A DNA stretch of 42,274 bases from Theionarchaea archaeon (GCA_018992685.1 JACVGT010000006.1:1-42274), one strand, 5' to 3'. Positions 19,288-29,160 are shown, counted from the first letter of the stretch. Notes: a model not told the origin generated them from the sequence alone. Translations and numbers: made by a program.

Positions 19288-21666
19288 ATGTGGAAAAGAA
19301 CCAGTATATTCATGTTTCTCCTCTTGATACTGACTGCAGTGCCTGACACTGCAGCGAGCCCTGCGCTCGACGTGCGAATGAGTGAGAATGTCGTGGCAGT
19401 CGCTGCAGGGAGTCCTGGTACAGTCCAGGTAACCTATGAGAATGTTGGAGATTCTCCTCTCCACATATACCTGGTAATTATTGATGATGGAAGCAATGCA
19501 CAATCACCCCGGCCTGTTCTGGTATACGACGGACAGCCCTTCACCACAGCCGTCAATACGGGAATTATCTTCGGTGAGATGGACTTGCCTGTAGGAGAAT
19601 TCGAGACCATGGACATTACCTTCCGGGTTTCTGACACCGTCACCCAGGGAGACTATGCCTTTCGCATGGCAGGATATCAGGAAAAGGTTGGAGATACCTA
19701 TATTGGGTACGGAGAAGAGAGTTTTGTCGTAAATGTTGGTTCTCCCACACTGTCTGCTCCCGCTTTAATAAGTCCTCAGAATGAAGCCCAGGTGACAGGC
19801 ACCCCTGTGCTGCAGTGGTCAGGCGTTCCTGGTGCAGAAGGATATGCGTACGAACTTTCCATGAGCCCTGATGTGGATGAGAATGGCCACTTTCTCGCGG
19901 GTGTTTGCTCTGGTTCCACTACCAGTGTCTCCATAGGAGTCACCTGCACTCTTCAGAAAAACACGTGGATTTACTGGCATGTGTGGGCGTACGCGGGGGA
20001 AAAGACGAGCCCGGTCAGTGCTGTTTTCAGGTTCATGATCACTGATGCGAATACAGCCCCTGTCATTCTCAGTGCTACAGTCACTCCACAAACAGGGGAT
20101 TCTGATACGGTATTTACCTTTACGGTCAAATACCAGGATCAGGACAATGATTCAGGAATAGTCCACGTCTATATTGATGGTATCGAATTCGACATGGTTC
20201 CCAGAGACCCCACAGACACGGTGTACACAGATGACTGCACATACCAGCATGAGACTGTGTTGCCTGAAGGCGTTCACAATTACTTCGTTGTCTGTGAGGA
20301 CGGGAGAGGAGGGACCAGCAGGTATCCTGAGTCTGGTACTGTGTCAGGGCCTGTTGTATCGAATGGAGCTGCACTGACTCCACCAATTCTGGTGAATCCT
20401 CAGAATGACGCCAGCATAGATGCTGTCCCTGTTCTGACCTGGTCAGTGGTGTCAGACGCTGAAGGGTATGCGTGGGAAATGTCACTGGGGTCTGATGTAG
20501 ACCAAAATGGTCGGTTCTTGAGCATCGTGTGCTCAGGCACGTCCACCACACCAAGTGCTGCCGTTTCCTGCGATCTGCAGAAGAATACGTGGATTTACTG
20601 GCACGTATGGGCCTACGCAGGAGAGGAAATAGGCCCCATCAGCAGTGTCTCTCGATTCGAAATCGTGGAGCTGTTACCCACTCCAGTTCTGAATTCGCCG
20701 GCCATCAATGCAGTGGATGTGGAATTGAGGCCCACGTTCTCCTGGAGTGCTGTAGAAAAAGCATCCTCCTATACTGTTCAACTGGCCACAGATTTCTCTT
20801 TTCTGAGGATTATCATTGATGAAACTGTGAGCGCCACCTCATATGTCCCCTCTTTTGATCTGCAACCGTCCACCACGTACTACTGGAGAGTGAGGACTCG
20901 CTCTGATGGGCAGACAAGTGAGTGGGCATCAGGATATTTCACCACACGGTCAGTTTCTGGGCTGATGCAGCCCCCCATCCTGTCCTATCCTTCTAATAAT
21001 ACGAAGGACGTGGAATTGCGTCCTATTTTTTCCTGGAGTGTGATGGAAGGGGCGGGAGCGTATGTCATCCAGGTTTCTACCAGTTCTTCTTTTTCCCACT
21101 TCGCCATCAATGAGAAGGTCACTGCGTCATCATACATGACCTCTTTTGACTTGGAGCCTGAAACTCAGTATTTCTGGAGAGTGAGAGCTGAAAATGAGGA
21201 GGGTCCCAGCGACTGGTCCCCGTACTGGTCTTTTGAAACAACGGTTGTGGAGAAAAATGTTCTTGAACCACCCATTGTGGCCACGCCAGATGGTGAAGAA
21301 GGAGAAGGGGGAATCAGGCTGTCCTGGAATGCAGTTGATGATGCTGATCTGTATGAGATCCAGGTGAATAAGACAAAGGCGTTTCCTGAGAGTTCACTGG
21401 AGAAGATGAGTTCTGTTACTACCATGGAGGTGACCACCACCTCTGCAGAGGTGAAGCTTGCAGCGGGGATCTACTACTGGAGAGTCAGAGCCAGGAATGA
21501 GGATGGAAGCAGTGATTGGTCAAAAGGCGACCACTGGTTTGTGATTGCCGAAATGAATACGCTTAAAAACGTGGTGTTTGATCCTTTGGTGCAGGGCATG
21601 GTGGTGATCTCAGCTGCCCTTTCTATCATCTACGTTCTGGTCCCCTTTTTCAGGAAGAAGAAATAG
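19288..21666 (+). CDS. Secreted, C-terminally membrane-anchored surface protein with tandem Fn3/Ig-like domains
   Basis: Signal peptide; repeats of P-x-L-x-x-P...W...Y...YYWRVRA; C-terminal hydrophobic helix plus RKKK; GAGGTGA RBS; TATA at 19185-19192. Confidence 0.85.
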   Translation: MWKRTSIFMFLLLILTAVPDTAASPALDVRMSENVVAVAAGSPGTVQVTYENVGDSPLHIYLVIIDDGSNAQSPRPVLVYDGQPFTTAVNTGIIFGEMDLPVGEFETMDITFRVSDTVTQGDYAFRMAGYQEKVGDTYIGYGEESFVVNVGSPTLSAPALISPQNEAQVTGTPVLQWSGVPGAEGYAYELSMSPDVDENGHFLAGVCSGSTTSVSIGVTCTLQKNTWIYWHVWAYAGEKTSPVSAVFRFMITDANTAPVILSATVTPQTGDSDTVFTFTVKYQDQDNDSGIVHVYIDGIEFDMVPRDPTDTVYTDDCTYQHETVLPEGVHNYFVVCEDGRGGTSRYPESGTVSGPVVSNGAALTPPILVNPQNDASIDAVPVLTWSVVSDAEGYAWEMSLGSDVDQNGRFLSIVCSGTSTTPSAAVSCDLQKNTWIYWHVWAYAGEEIGPISSVSRFEIVELLPTPVLNSPAINAVDVELRPTFSWSAVEKASSYTVQLATDFSFLRIIIDETVSATSYVPSFDLQPSTTYYWRVRTRSDGQTSEWASGYFTTRSVSGLMQPPILSYPSNNTKDVELRPIFSWSVMEGAGAYVIQVSTSSSFSHFAINEKVTASSYMTSFDLEPETQYFWRVRAENEEGPSDWSPYWSFETTVVEKNVLEPPIVATPDGEEGEGGIRLSWNAVDDADLYEIQVNKTKAFPESSLEKMSSVTTMEVTTTSAEVKLAAGIYYWRVRARNEDGSSDWSKGDHWFVIAEMNTLKNVVFDPLVQGMVVISAALSIIYVLVPFFRKKK
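19750..20664 (+). repeat. Intragenic domain duplication A (19750-20040 and 20374-20664)
   Basis: Shared AEGYA, DVD-x-NG-x-FL and identical LQKNTWIYWHVWAYAGE. Confidence 0.85.
20674..21240 (+). repeat. Intragenic domain duplication B (20674-20946 and 20965-21240)
   Basis: Shared DVELRP-x-FSWS, SFDL-x-P-x-T-x-Y-x-WRVR. Confidence 0.8.
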
Positions 21667-21674
21667 GTGATTTC

Positions 21675-22121
21675 ATGGATGTGAGGACCCATACAGCACT
21701 CCATGTGCTGAAGGGAGCAGTCCAGAAGGTTCTTCATGTGGAGTGGACTGCAGGAGTATGGGTTGAAGGCCTGCATGGAAGACTTGTTGTCCAGACTGAC
21801 AGGAATCCTTCTCAAGACGAGCTGGAAGAAATCCAACGCGAGGCCAATGAGAAGATACAAGAAGATCAGGAGATTGAAGAATACACACTGGATAGAAACG
21901 AGGCAGAGAATCGCTGGGGAGATTCAATATATGATTTATTTCCTCTTCCCGAGGGGATTACCACCGTGACGGTGATGTGCATTCCAGGCTGGAACGTCAA
22001 CTGCTGCAGGGAGAAACACACCAAAACAACGGGAGAGATTGGAAGAATCACAGTGAGGAAGTCCAGGTTCAGGAAAAATAAGAACCTGCTGGAACTCTCA
22101 TTTTATATTGAACCATATTGA
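21675..22121 (+). CDS. alaXS: Small AlaX trans-editing protein (AlaX-S)
   Basis: HTALH and CCREKH (HxxxH, CxxxH) Zn motifs, 148 aa; GGTGA RBS. Confidence 0.92.
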   Translation: MDVRTHTALHVLKGAVQKVLHVEWTAGVWVEGLHGRLVVQTDRNPSQDELEEIQREANEKIQEDQEIEEYTLDRNEAENRWGDSIYDLFPLPEGITTVTVMCIPGWNVNCCREKHTKTTGEIGRITVRKSRFRKNKNLLELSFYIEPY

Positions 22122-22176
22122 ACCAGGGTCCTAACTTCCAGGACTGACGGGTCTGTACCATACCTTGCACATGACG

Positions 22177-23730
22177 TTACTCCATTCTGCTGAACCGTCT
22201 TTTTCCCAGCAGGAGAACTGTGATTCCCACAACCCACATAACTGGAATGACGAAATAGAACACTCCGGTCTCACCGAAGGCAACCAGACTGCCAAGCACA
22301 AAGAAGGCTGACCCCTGAGCAGGTATCATCATGTTCATCATGAATTCACCACCTCGTTCGTCATAGGCAGGCTTCAACAAGAAAAGCCCCAGGGCTAGCA
22401 TGGTATGTGCTGCAACAAGTAGTATCACAGCTACCGTATACATGACACCTGCCATCAAGGTGGTCCCCGGTATCAATTTCACTGAAAGCACCATAAGTGT
22501 ACCCGCCACAACAGGAACAAGCAGCCACCCCTGGACAAGTCGTGTTTTGATCAGCTTCTCCACTCCAAAGGGGACTTTTTTATACAAAAAGAGTGTCTCT
22601 TTCCCCCGAAGCGTAACATCACTGGCAACTGCGACAGCCAGCAGTGGGAAAATGAAACTGCTCACCAGGAGGACAGGGAAAAGATCCTGTGGCTTCATCA
22701 AGAAAATGTTCATGAGTGCAGCGAGCGCTACGATGTAAACAATCCATGACAGGTTCTGAAACCTTCTCACGTAGATTTTGAATGTTGAAGCCAGGAGAAT
22801 ACCGAAAGGACCCGTTCCTCCGAGACGTTGGATAGTCCTGTAAAAGACACCATCTGGTCCGGCCCGTGCAGCAGTGAAGGTAGCAGTCTCCATGCTGTAC
22901 GCACGATCAGCCAGGTTCATACCGATCAAGAGGGAAGCTCCCAGAAAGAGAACGCTTCCTGCAAGCCGTGGCACGACATCGATCCCAACAGTCCCGGGAT
23001 GGGCTGCAAACTGCGTAATGATACCGGCTCCCCACGAGCTGGGAAACAATGAGAGTATGTCCTTGATCAGTGTGCTGGTTTTGGGATCTGCAAGTGCCCC
23101 AATCAAACCTCCTCCCATGAACGCGTACATGATGGCAACAAAGGGTACCACCAGGAGGAGTGATATGGCCTTGGCCACATCTTTGCTGCGGGATGTTCTC
23201 CCCAGCCTCGTTCTCAGAAGGGCAGCTATCACCGTGCCAATCCAGAGAGCAGATGTGAGCGTAATGACAAAGCTTACTACGATTATTGCTTTTTGCGCCC
23301 CACTCACTCCCAGGGGATCAAAAAGAGCCGTAATAAATCCTGTAATGATGGTGATCATCACGAGATAGAGGGGCAGCTCTCCCAGAAACTCTCCAAGGAG
23401 AATGTCACGAGGATTCACCGGAGCTGAGACCAGCAGTACCTGCTGTTCAGACCTGACGTCTCTCAACATAAAGGTAACAGGAAGCCAGATGAAGACAAGG
23501 AAAAACATCAGAAACAAAATGGGCACGAACGCCACAGCTGCCTGGGACAGGAAGAATGCGACCAGTTCACTTGTGAAGAGATCCACGATTGCCGGGGCAA
23601 TATACAAAACAAAGACTGCCAGAATCCCCAGTACCATGAAGGGGAAATACCTGCGTATGGATCGTATACTGCTGGTGCGAGCCCGATAGTCATTTCGTGC
23701 AATGACGAACCATTTATGTGACATTTTCAT
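22177..23730 (-). CDS. ABC-2 type exporter permease
   Basis: Many hydrophobic helices, APVNPRDILLGEF; overlaps the ATPase gene. Confidence 0.85.
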   Translation of the reverse strand: MKMSHKWFVIARNDYRARTSSIRSIRRYFPFMVLGILAVFVLYIAPAIVDLFTSELVAFFLSQAAVAFVPILFLMFFLVFIWLPVTFMLRDVRSEQQVLLVSAPVNPRDILLGEFLGELPLYLVMITIITGFITALFDPLGVSGAQKAIIVVSFVITLTSALWIGTVIAALLRTRLGRTSRSKDVAKAISLLLVVPFVAIMYAFMGGGLIGALADPKTSTLIKDILSLFPSSWGAGIITQFAAHPGTVGIDVVPRLAGSVLFLGASLLIGMNLADRAYSMETATFTAARAGPDGVFYRTIQRLGGTGPFGILLASTFKIYVRRFQNLSWIVYIVALAALMNIFLMKPQDLFPVLLVSSFIFPLLAVAVASDVTLRGKETLFLYKKVPFGVEKLIKTRLVQGWLLVPVVAGTLMVLSVKLIPGTTLMAGVMYTVAVILLVAAHTMLALGLFLLKPAYDERGGEFMMNMMIPAQGSAFFVLGSLVAFGETGVFYFVIPVMWVVGITVLLLGKRRFSRME

Positions 23731-24496
23731 CTTCCCTCCATGCCAGCAATTCGCTTTCTCGCACACCGCCGGTCAATGCAATAAAAGCTTCCTCTAATGT
23801 GGTGGAATTACTCTGGCTGATAATATCACTGACACTCCCCACGGCAATGAGCGTGCCCTGGTGAATGATTCCAATTCTGTCACACAGTTCCTCTACAATG
23901 GGGAGGATGTGACTGCAGAGGAAGATGGTCCTGCCGGCCTTTTGTGACAAGTCCTTAATCAAATCCTTTACCATTAAGGCTGCTCGAGGATCCAGGGTAG
24001 ACGTGGGCTCATCCAGGAATAAGATGGGGGGGTCATGGACCAGAGCTGCGGCAATGAGAACTTTCTGTTTCATACCTCTGCTGTATCCTTCCAGGAGGTA
24101 GTCACGTCTTTCGTCAAGTCCGAAAAGTGTGAGTAGATCATCTGCCCTGCGGGGTAATATATCGCCAGGAACGTCATATAGAGCTCCCATGAACTCCAGG
24201 AATTCGCGAGCACTCAATTTCTCGAATAATCCAGGTGATTCAGCAAGTAATCCGGTAATTCGTTTCACCTCTTGTTCCTGAGTGAGTATGTCAAATCCGT
24301 TTACTGATGCTGTTCCAGAGGTCGGTCTGATGATGCAATTGAGCAGGTTGACAGTGGTGGTCTTTCCGGCCCCATTTGGACCCAGAAGACCAAACGTCTC
24401 TCCCTCGTATACTGTGAGGTCAAGACTGTCCACTGCTTTGATCTCGCCCTTGCCATAGTACTTGGAGAGGGCTTTCGTAATTATGAGGGGCTTCAT
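23714..24496 (-). CDS. ABC transporter ATP-binding protein
   Basis: GPNGAGKTT, YSRGMKQ signature, LFLDEPT, SH switch; start at MKPLII. Confidence 0.96.
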   Translation of the reverse strand: MKPLIITKALSKYYGKGEIKAVDSLDLTVYEGETFGLLGPNGAGKTTTVNLLNCIIRPTSGTASVNGFDILTQEQEVKRITGLLAESPGLFEKLSAREFLEFMGALYDVPGDILPRRADDLLTLFGLDERRDYLLEGYSRGMKQKVLIAAALVHDPPILFLDEPTSTLDPRAALMVKDLIKDLSQKAGRTIFLCSHILPIVEELCDRIGIIHQGTLIAVGSVSDIISQSNSTTLEEAFIALTGGVRESELLAWREDENVT

Positions 24497-24824
24497 AATG
24501 GCCCCCGTCTCAGGGAGGTTTAAGAATGTTTCCCCCCTGGTCTTGGTTAGTCCTATGAATCGAGAACAGATACTCTGCAAGAGTCATCAGTGAAGGTCAG
24601 GGAATCCCGGGCTTTTCTGGGTGTGAGGGTGAAGTCAGAGGGAGGCTGATCGGGATGAAGCTGCCGTAAGGAACGAATGAATGAAGGGTTGCTGGCCAGA
24701 CAGTTATCGAACCGTTCTGAGAAACCTGTGAGAACCAGGAAGTCAATGGATGATAAGTCAGTTATTGAAGAACCCTTTCTTTCAAAGGAAACCAGTTTAT
24801 TAATCGTCAACTGATTGTCGTATC

Positions 24825-25358
24825 ATGAGGTATTCAGTTATTTTTCTAATCCTCCTGGTAATAGGCTGCCTAGAGCAGCAACCGAAAAACGGGAATGAAG
24901 ACATAACTCCTCTTGAGGATTTTTTTGTAATAGATTCGGGAGTGGTTCCAGATATTGACAGTGCTCAATGGACACTTGAGGTGACGGGACTGGTGGAGTC
25001 CCAGCTTGCCATCACATATGAGCAGCTGCTGCAGCTACCATCTGTGACTCAGGTTACATACCTGTTTTGCATGCCTGGTTATGAAGGAACAGGGGAGTGG
25101 ACAGGTGTCCCCCTGAGATACGTGCTGGAGAAGGCAGGATACACAAAGGATGCAGGGTCTGTGACGTTCTATGCTGCTGATGATTTCTACTCCAGTATCT
25201 CCCTGGAAAAAGCGCTGCAGGAGGATACCATACTGGCCTACAAGATGAACGGAGTAGTCCTTCCTAAAGAACATGGATACCCACTCCGTCTCGTTGTGCC
25301 TGACGAAGTAGGTTCCAATTGGGTCAAGTGGATAGTACGGATTGAAATAGTGGAATGA
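24825..25358 (+). CDS. Sulfite oxidase/MsrP-like molybdopterin-binding domain lipoprotein
   Basis: WTLEVTGLV, LFC (Mo ligand Cys), WTGVPL, HGYPLRLVVP, VKWI; lipobox LVIGC; TTTATTA at 24796-24802. Confidence 0.88.
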   Translation: MRYSVIFLILLVIGCLEQQPKNGNEDITPLEDFFVIDSGVVPDIDSAQWTLEVTGLVESQLAITYEQLLQLPSVTQVTYLFCMPGYEGTGEWTGVPLRYVLEKAGYTKDAGSVTFYAADDFYSSISLEKALQEDTILAYKMNGVVLPKEHGYPLRLVVPDEVGSNWVKWIVRIEIVE

Positions 25359-25494
25359 AGCACCCGATCACCGGGTCTCTTGAGGGTTCTTTCACACATT
25401 CACACAGAAACCTTCATAAGGGCGTACATTCAACATCATCAGATGGGTTGGGGAGTGAGGGTCGAAGCATTCCTTGAGATAGGGAGGTTGAATC

Positions 25495-27057
25495 ATGATG
25501 AACCGTAATGTGAAGAGGGCTTCAATCCTGTTTGTGTTGGTGCTGGGCGGTATCCATCCTATTTTCAGTACAGATCCTATCAAGGTTCTCGTTGATGAGT
25601 CTAGGATTGACATGGTAACAAACCCGGAACAGTGGATGATTGATATCCTGGAGGCTATCGGGGTTGAGTTTGAAGAGATCGAGGACCCCCGGTGTTCATT
25701 TGAGAACACGGTGGAGGGGTTTGGATTCGGAACTGCTGCAGAAAGGCTCAGAAGTGAATTCTCGCTGAGCCTCAGGAAATCAGGGCGGCTTGACTACTCG
25801 ACCCTGAAGAAGTATGATGTTCTTGTCATAACTTCTTTCAGTGAACGGTATTCTTCTCAGGAAGCAGAGGCCATTCGACAATTTGTAGAAAATGGAGGAG
25901 GGCTGTTTCTCGCTGCGGACTATAGTGCGCCAAATAACAGCGTTTCCGCGGTGTTTGACGTTTCTTTTCCTTCAAACATAAATATCCTGGATAAGAATGA
26001 CAAGAGTTCCTCTAATTGGAGAATCTATATAGATGAATTTGGATCTCATCCAATAACAGAAGGTATAGATCAGATTCTCCTGGATGATGGAGTTCCAATT
26101 GACAAGTTTGAGTATGGAGAGGTTCTTGTCAGAACAAGCGAAACCTCGTGGGCAAACAGAACAGACTTCGGAGCCTTCTATGACGAAGACGCAGAGGAGA
26201 AAAAAGGCCCGTTCGATGTAGTTTTGGCGCAGTCAGTAGGAGAAGGAAGAACAGTCATCTTTGGAGGCAGTGACAGTTTCATCAATTCTGTCGTGGATGA
26301 AGATGACCAGCAGAATCTGGATTTTCTCGTGAACGCTATACGATGGTTGGGGGAACCCGGAGGACCATATAGGCAATACGCAATGAGGAACCAGCAGGCA
26401 CAGCAATTAATGTCTGAAGCAACATCTCTCTTTGACAGCCATAGCTTTTCAGCTGCCAAGAAGAAATTCCAAGATGTAATTGACCTGTACACGGAATCAA
26501 ATGAGATTTACGCCAATGTAGAAGCTCAAGAAAGAATCCTGGAGGCAGAAAAGTTTTCTGCCTACTGTGAGACAGGCATGGAAGCTGACACGCTCTTTGA
26601 CGGAGCCCTAGGACTGTATCAGGAACGGCACCTTGAAGATGCTGTTGCAGAGTTCGAGAGGGCTCAGTCATTGTACCGGGACATTTCATATGAGGCACGA
26701 GTGTCAGAGTGCAGTTCACAGATTGAAGAATGTCAGCGACTGATGACTGTGCAGGAGGAAGCTGCCAGCTTGTTCAGCCAGGGACAGACCGCGCTCGAGA
26801 CGGGTTCCAGTGGATTCAGCGCTGCAGGCTATGAGAAGGCACAATCCCTGTTCGAACAGGCCAGGTCCAGGTGGCAGGAGTATGGCGATGAATCCAAAGT
26901 GGCAGACTGTGATGAACGGATCGCTGAATGTGAGAAAGGGATTTCCGCTGTCAGCAGGAACAGAATCGTCCTGGGTGGTATCATTGCAGCAGTAGTACTT
27001 GTTGGCGTCGTTTTCGTAGTAGTAGTAAAGAGGAGGAAAAAACCAGAATCTGAATGA
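25495..27057 (+). CDS. Membrane-anchored secreted protein with GATase-like (DUF4350/GIFT-like) domain and TPR-like repeats
   Basis: KVLVDES, YDVLVI, FVENGGGL, HPITEGI, NAIRWL; three helical repeats; C-terminal TM plus KRRKK. Confidence 0.75.
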   Translation: MMNRNVKRASILFVLVLGGIHPIFSTDPIKVLVDESRIDMVTNPEQWMIDILEAIGVEFEEIEDPRCSFENTVEGFGFGTAAERLRSEFSLSLRKSGRLDYSTLKKYDVLVITSFSERYSSQEAEAIRQFVENGGGLFLAADYSAPNNSVSAVFDVSFPSNINILDKNDKSSSNWRIYIDEFGSHPITEGIDQILLDDGVPIDKFEYGEVLVRTSETSWANRTDFGAFYDEDAEEKKGPFDVVLAQSVGEGRTVIFGGSDSFINSVVDEDDQQNLDFLVNAIRWLGEPGGPYRQYAMRNQQAQQLMSEATSLFDSHSFSAAKKKFQDVIDLYTESNEIYANVEAQERILEAEKFSAYCETGMEADTLFDGALGLYQERHLEDAVAEFERAQSLYRDISYEARVSECSSQIEECQRLMTVQEEAASLFSQGQTALETGSSGFSAAGYEKAQSLFEQARSRWQEYGDESKVADCDERIAECEKGISAVSRNRIVLGGIIAAVVLVGVVFVVVVKRRKKPESE

Positions 27058-27282
27058 GCGACCCAAGGTTCTATGAAGTCATCGTTGACCCTCTTACAAG
27101 AAAATCACGAGAGTATTCCCTCTCACTGATTGCACGAAGAGGTGAGTGCAGAAAGAGAGAAAGAAATCACTACCTATTTATGGAGGGAATGTCATATGGT
27201 TTCATGGATCAAGGATATATCTTCATGAGGAAACCGTCTCCACAATTGCGGAAGCAAGAATCGAGTCCTGGGGAGGGATTAC

Positions 27283-28065
27283 ATGGCTAACTGGCTCGTC
27301 TTTCTGTGCCTTCTTGCAGTATCCATTCCAGGGATTGTTGTCACCGTTCCGGGTGCAGTTAGATCAATGGAAAGCAGGATAACGGAAAGTGCGCCGCCTG
27401 GCAAGAAGATACCCTCCATGAAAGTGATAGTATTTCTTGGCATACTTCAGAGCCTCGTACTGGTGTTGATTGCAGATGCTGCAGGTACTGTTACCACTCC
27501 TTCCATAGGGTTTTCTGCACCTTTCTTTGAAGCCCTGGTAACGGGCGAGAATATATGGGCCTCTCTACAACCACAGCTCCTTCCTTCTCTTGCGCTTGGG
27601 ATTGGTGGCGGGGCTTTCTTTGTGGCTTTGTACTACCTTGTGTTTCGGCCGCGCCTTGACGAACACACTGTTAGAACCATGGAAAAGCTGAGAATGGACC
27701 TCGGTCTCCCGGGACGGGTCTTGTATGGCGGCATCGTGGAAGAGGTCTTAACCCGTTGGGGGTTGCAGAGTGTTATAATATGGGTGGGGAGTCTTATTAC
27801 CGGTGTCGTCACTCCGACGACCATCTGGATCTCGATCATCATTGCAGGAGTCCTCTTCGGACTTGGACACCTTCCTTCGTACGTGGGAGCAGGGTGCAAG
27901 AAAACGCCCTTGTTCATAACATTCGAGATAACCCTGAATTTACTGGCTTCTCTCATCTTTGGCTGGTTGTTCTGGAACTATGGGTTGCTGTCCTCGATGA
28001 TTGCCCATGCGTTGTTCCATGTGGTCTGGTATCCCTTTGACGTTCGCAAATTCGCAGAACTGTAG
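27283..28065 (+). CDS. CPBP (Abi/CAAX type II) intramembrane metalloprotease
   Basis: EEVLTR, FGLGH, HALFH motifs; multiple TM helices; GGAGG RBS. Confidence 0.92.
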   Translation: MANWLVFLCLLAVSIPGIVVTVPGAVRSMESRITESAPPGKKIPSMKVIVFLGILQSLVLVLIADAAGTVTTPSIGFSAPFFEALVTGENIWASLQPQLLPSLALGIGGGAFFVALYYLVFRPRLDEHTVRTMEKLRMDLGLPGRVLYGGIVEEVLTRWGLQSVIIWVGSLITGVVTPTTIWISIIIAGVLFGLGHLPSYVGAGCKKTPLFITFEITLNLLASLIFGWLFWNYGLLSSMIAHALFHVVWYPFDVRKFAEL

Positions 28066-28080
28066 ATCGTCAGAATCCAC

Positions 28081-28093
28081 TTTTTTTTCTTTT
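28081..28093 (+). terminator. Oligo-T terminator candidate
   Basis: TTTTTTTTCTTTT 15 nt after the CPBP stop. Confidence 0.55.
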
Positions 28094-28257
28094 CTCAAGA
28101 ACTGATTGTCCCCTAGCAGAAGCTGCAGCCTCCCCATCAGTCACGACTATGAGAGCGACTCTCTGAATGGGTTATATCCTGCCCTGTTGTTCGAGGTCGT
28201 GAACGGTGCAACATGTGAGGAGTCAATCTTTTTATTGGCATTCGCCTCCTTTTGGGC

Positions 28258-28866
28258 ATGGTAGTAACCTTCTTCATACAAGGGTTCCTTATCGGTGTTG
28301 CAATCGCGGCTCCAGTTGGCCCTATTGGCCTTCTCTGTATCCAGCGGACTCTTTCTGAAGGATGGATTTCAGGGTTCGTCTCAGGGATGGGAGCTGCCAC
28401 TGCTGACGCCGTGTACGGGTGCATTGCTGGGTTTGGAGTAACAGTCGTCTCATCTTTCTTGGTCAGTCAGCAGATGCTACTGCGATTATTCGGTGGTGCA
28501 TTCATTATTCTCTTGGGTGGCAGGATCTTTGTTTCACCACCTGCAGAAAAGGCAGCTGTTCAAGGAGGGGGGAGTCTCATTACACGCTATGGTTCTACTC
28601 TTGTTTTAACACTCACCAACCCTATGACCATTCTTTCGTTTGCAGCCATTTGTGCGGGAGTGGGGATTTCTACCTATGGGGATGCAGGGCTGTTGGTTCT
28701 GGGGGTTTTCATGGGATCAGCAGTGTGGTGGTTCACGCTAAGTGGGTTGGTTCATCTGGTTCGATCTCGGATTGATCAGAAGAGAATGCAGTGGATAAAC
28801 AGGGCTTCTGGTGCTATTCTGATGGGAATTGGTGTTGTTATCCTTTTCAGCCTGGATGCTTCTTAG
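28258..28866 (+). CDS. LysE family translocator
   Basis: IAAPVGPIGLLCIQRTL, GAATADAVY, LTLTNPMTI, GSAVWW. Confidence 0.95.
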   Translation: MVVTFFIQGFLIGVAIAAPVGPIGLLCIQRTLSEGWISGFVSGMGAATADAVYGCIAGFGVTVVSSFLVSQQMLLRLFGGAFIILLGGRIFVSPPAEKAAVQGGGSLITRYGSTLVLTLTNPMTILSFAAICAGVGISTYGDAGLLVLGVFMGSAVWWFTLSGLVHLVRSRIDQKRMQWINRASGAILMGIGVVILFSLDAS

Positions 28867-28892
28867 AATGAGGGGGTAAACTCGGTACTCAG

Positions 28893-29159
28893 TAGCATGA
28901 AAATGAGAAGATAAACCCTGAAAAGGACGGGATTACAGGGATGAGATACTGTTTCAATGTTTCTGTGAAAAGATTCTCGGGGTACCCAGCGGTACCTTTA
29001 TATGGTAATACTAGGATGAAGGCGCGGGTGAGACCCTTGAGAGATGAAAAGATGCACAAGAAAGGATCAATTGTTGTAGTATTGATCCCATATCTGTTAA
29101 ATTCTTCAAATGAAGACGACGCTGTATCACCCTTGGAGCTGGAATGTTGGAGGTGATGA
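28893..29159 (+). repeat. Duplicated promoter/leader cassette, copy 1
   Basis: About 90% identical by manual alignment to 30395-30663; TTTATAT 28997-29003; ends in the RBS of the M50 gene. Confidence 0.95.
29052..29156 (+). CDS. Candidate 34-aa leader peptide, copy 1
   Basis: MHKKGSIVVVLIPYLLNSSNEDDAVSPLELECWR; frame and stop kept in copy 2. Confidence 0.35.
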   Translation: MHKKGSIVVVLIPYLLNSSNEDDAVSPLELECWR

Positions 29160-29160
29160 T

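Noticed and set aside
27054-27290. 78-aa ORF bridging two genes, and imperfect palindromes at about 27198-27252
   Set aside because: No protein-like features; the palindromes are imperfect and unrepeated, so unsupported.
29110-29160. Upstream start (MKTTLYHPW) for the M50 gene
   Set aside because: It lies in the duplicated leader, the same frame is closed by a stop in copy 2, and ATG 29161 has a strong RBS.
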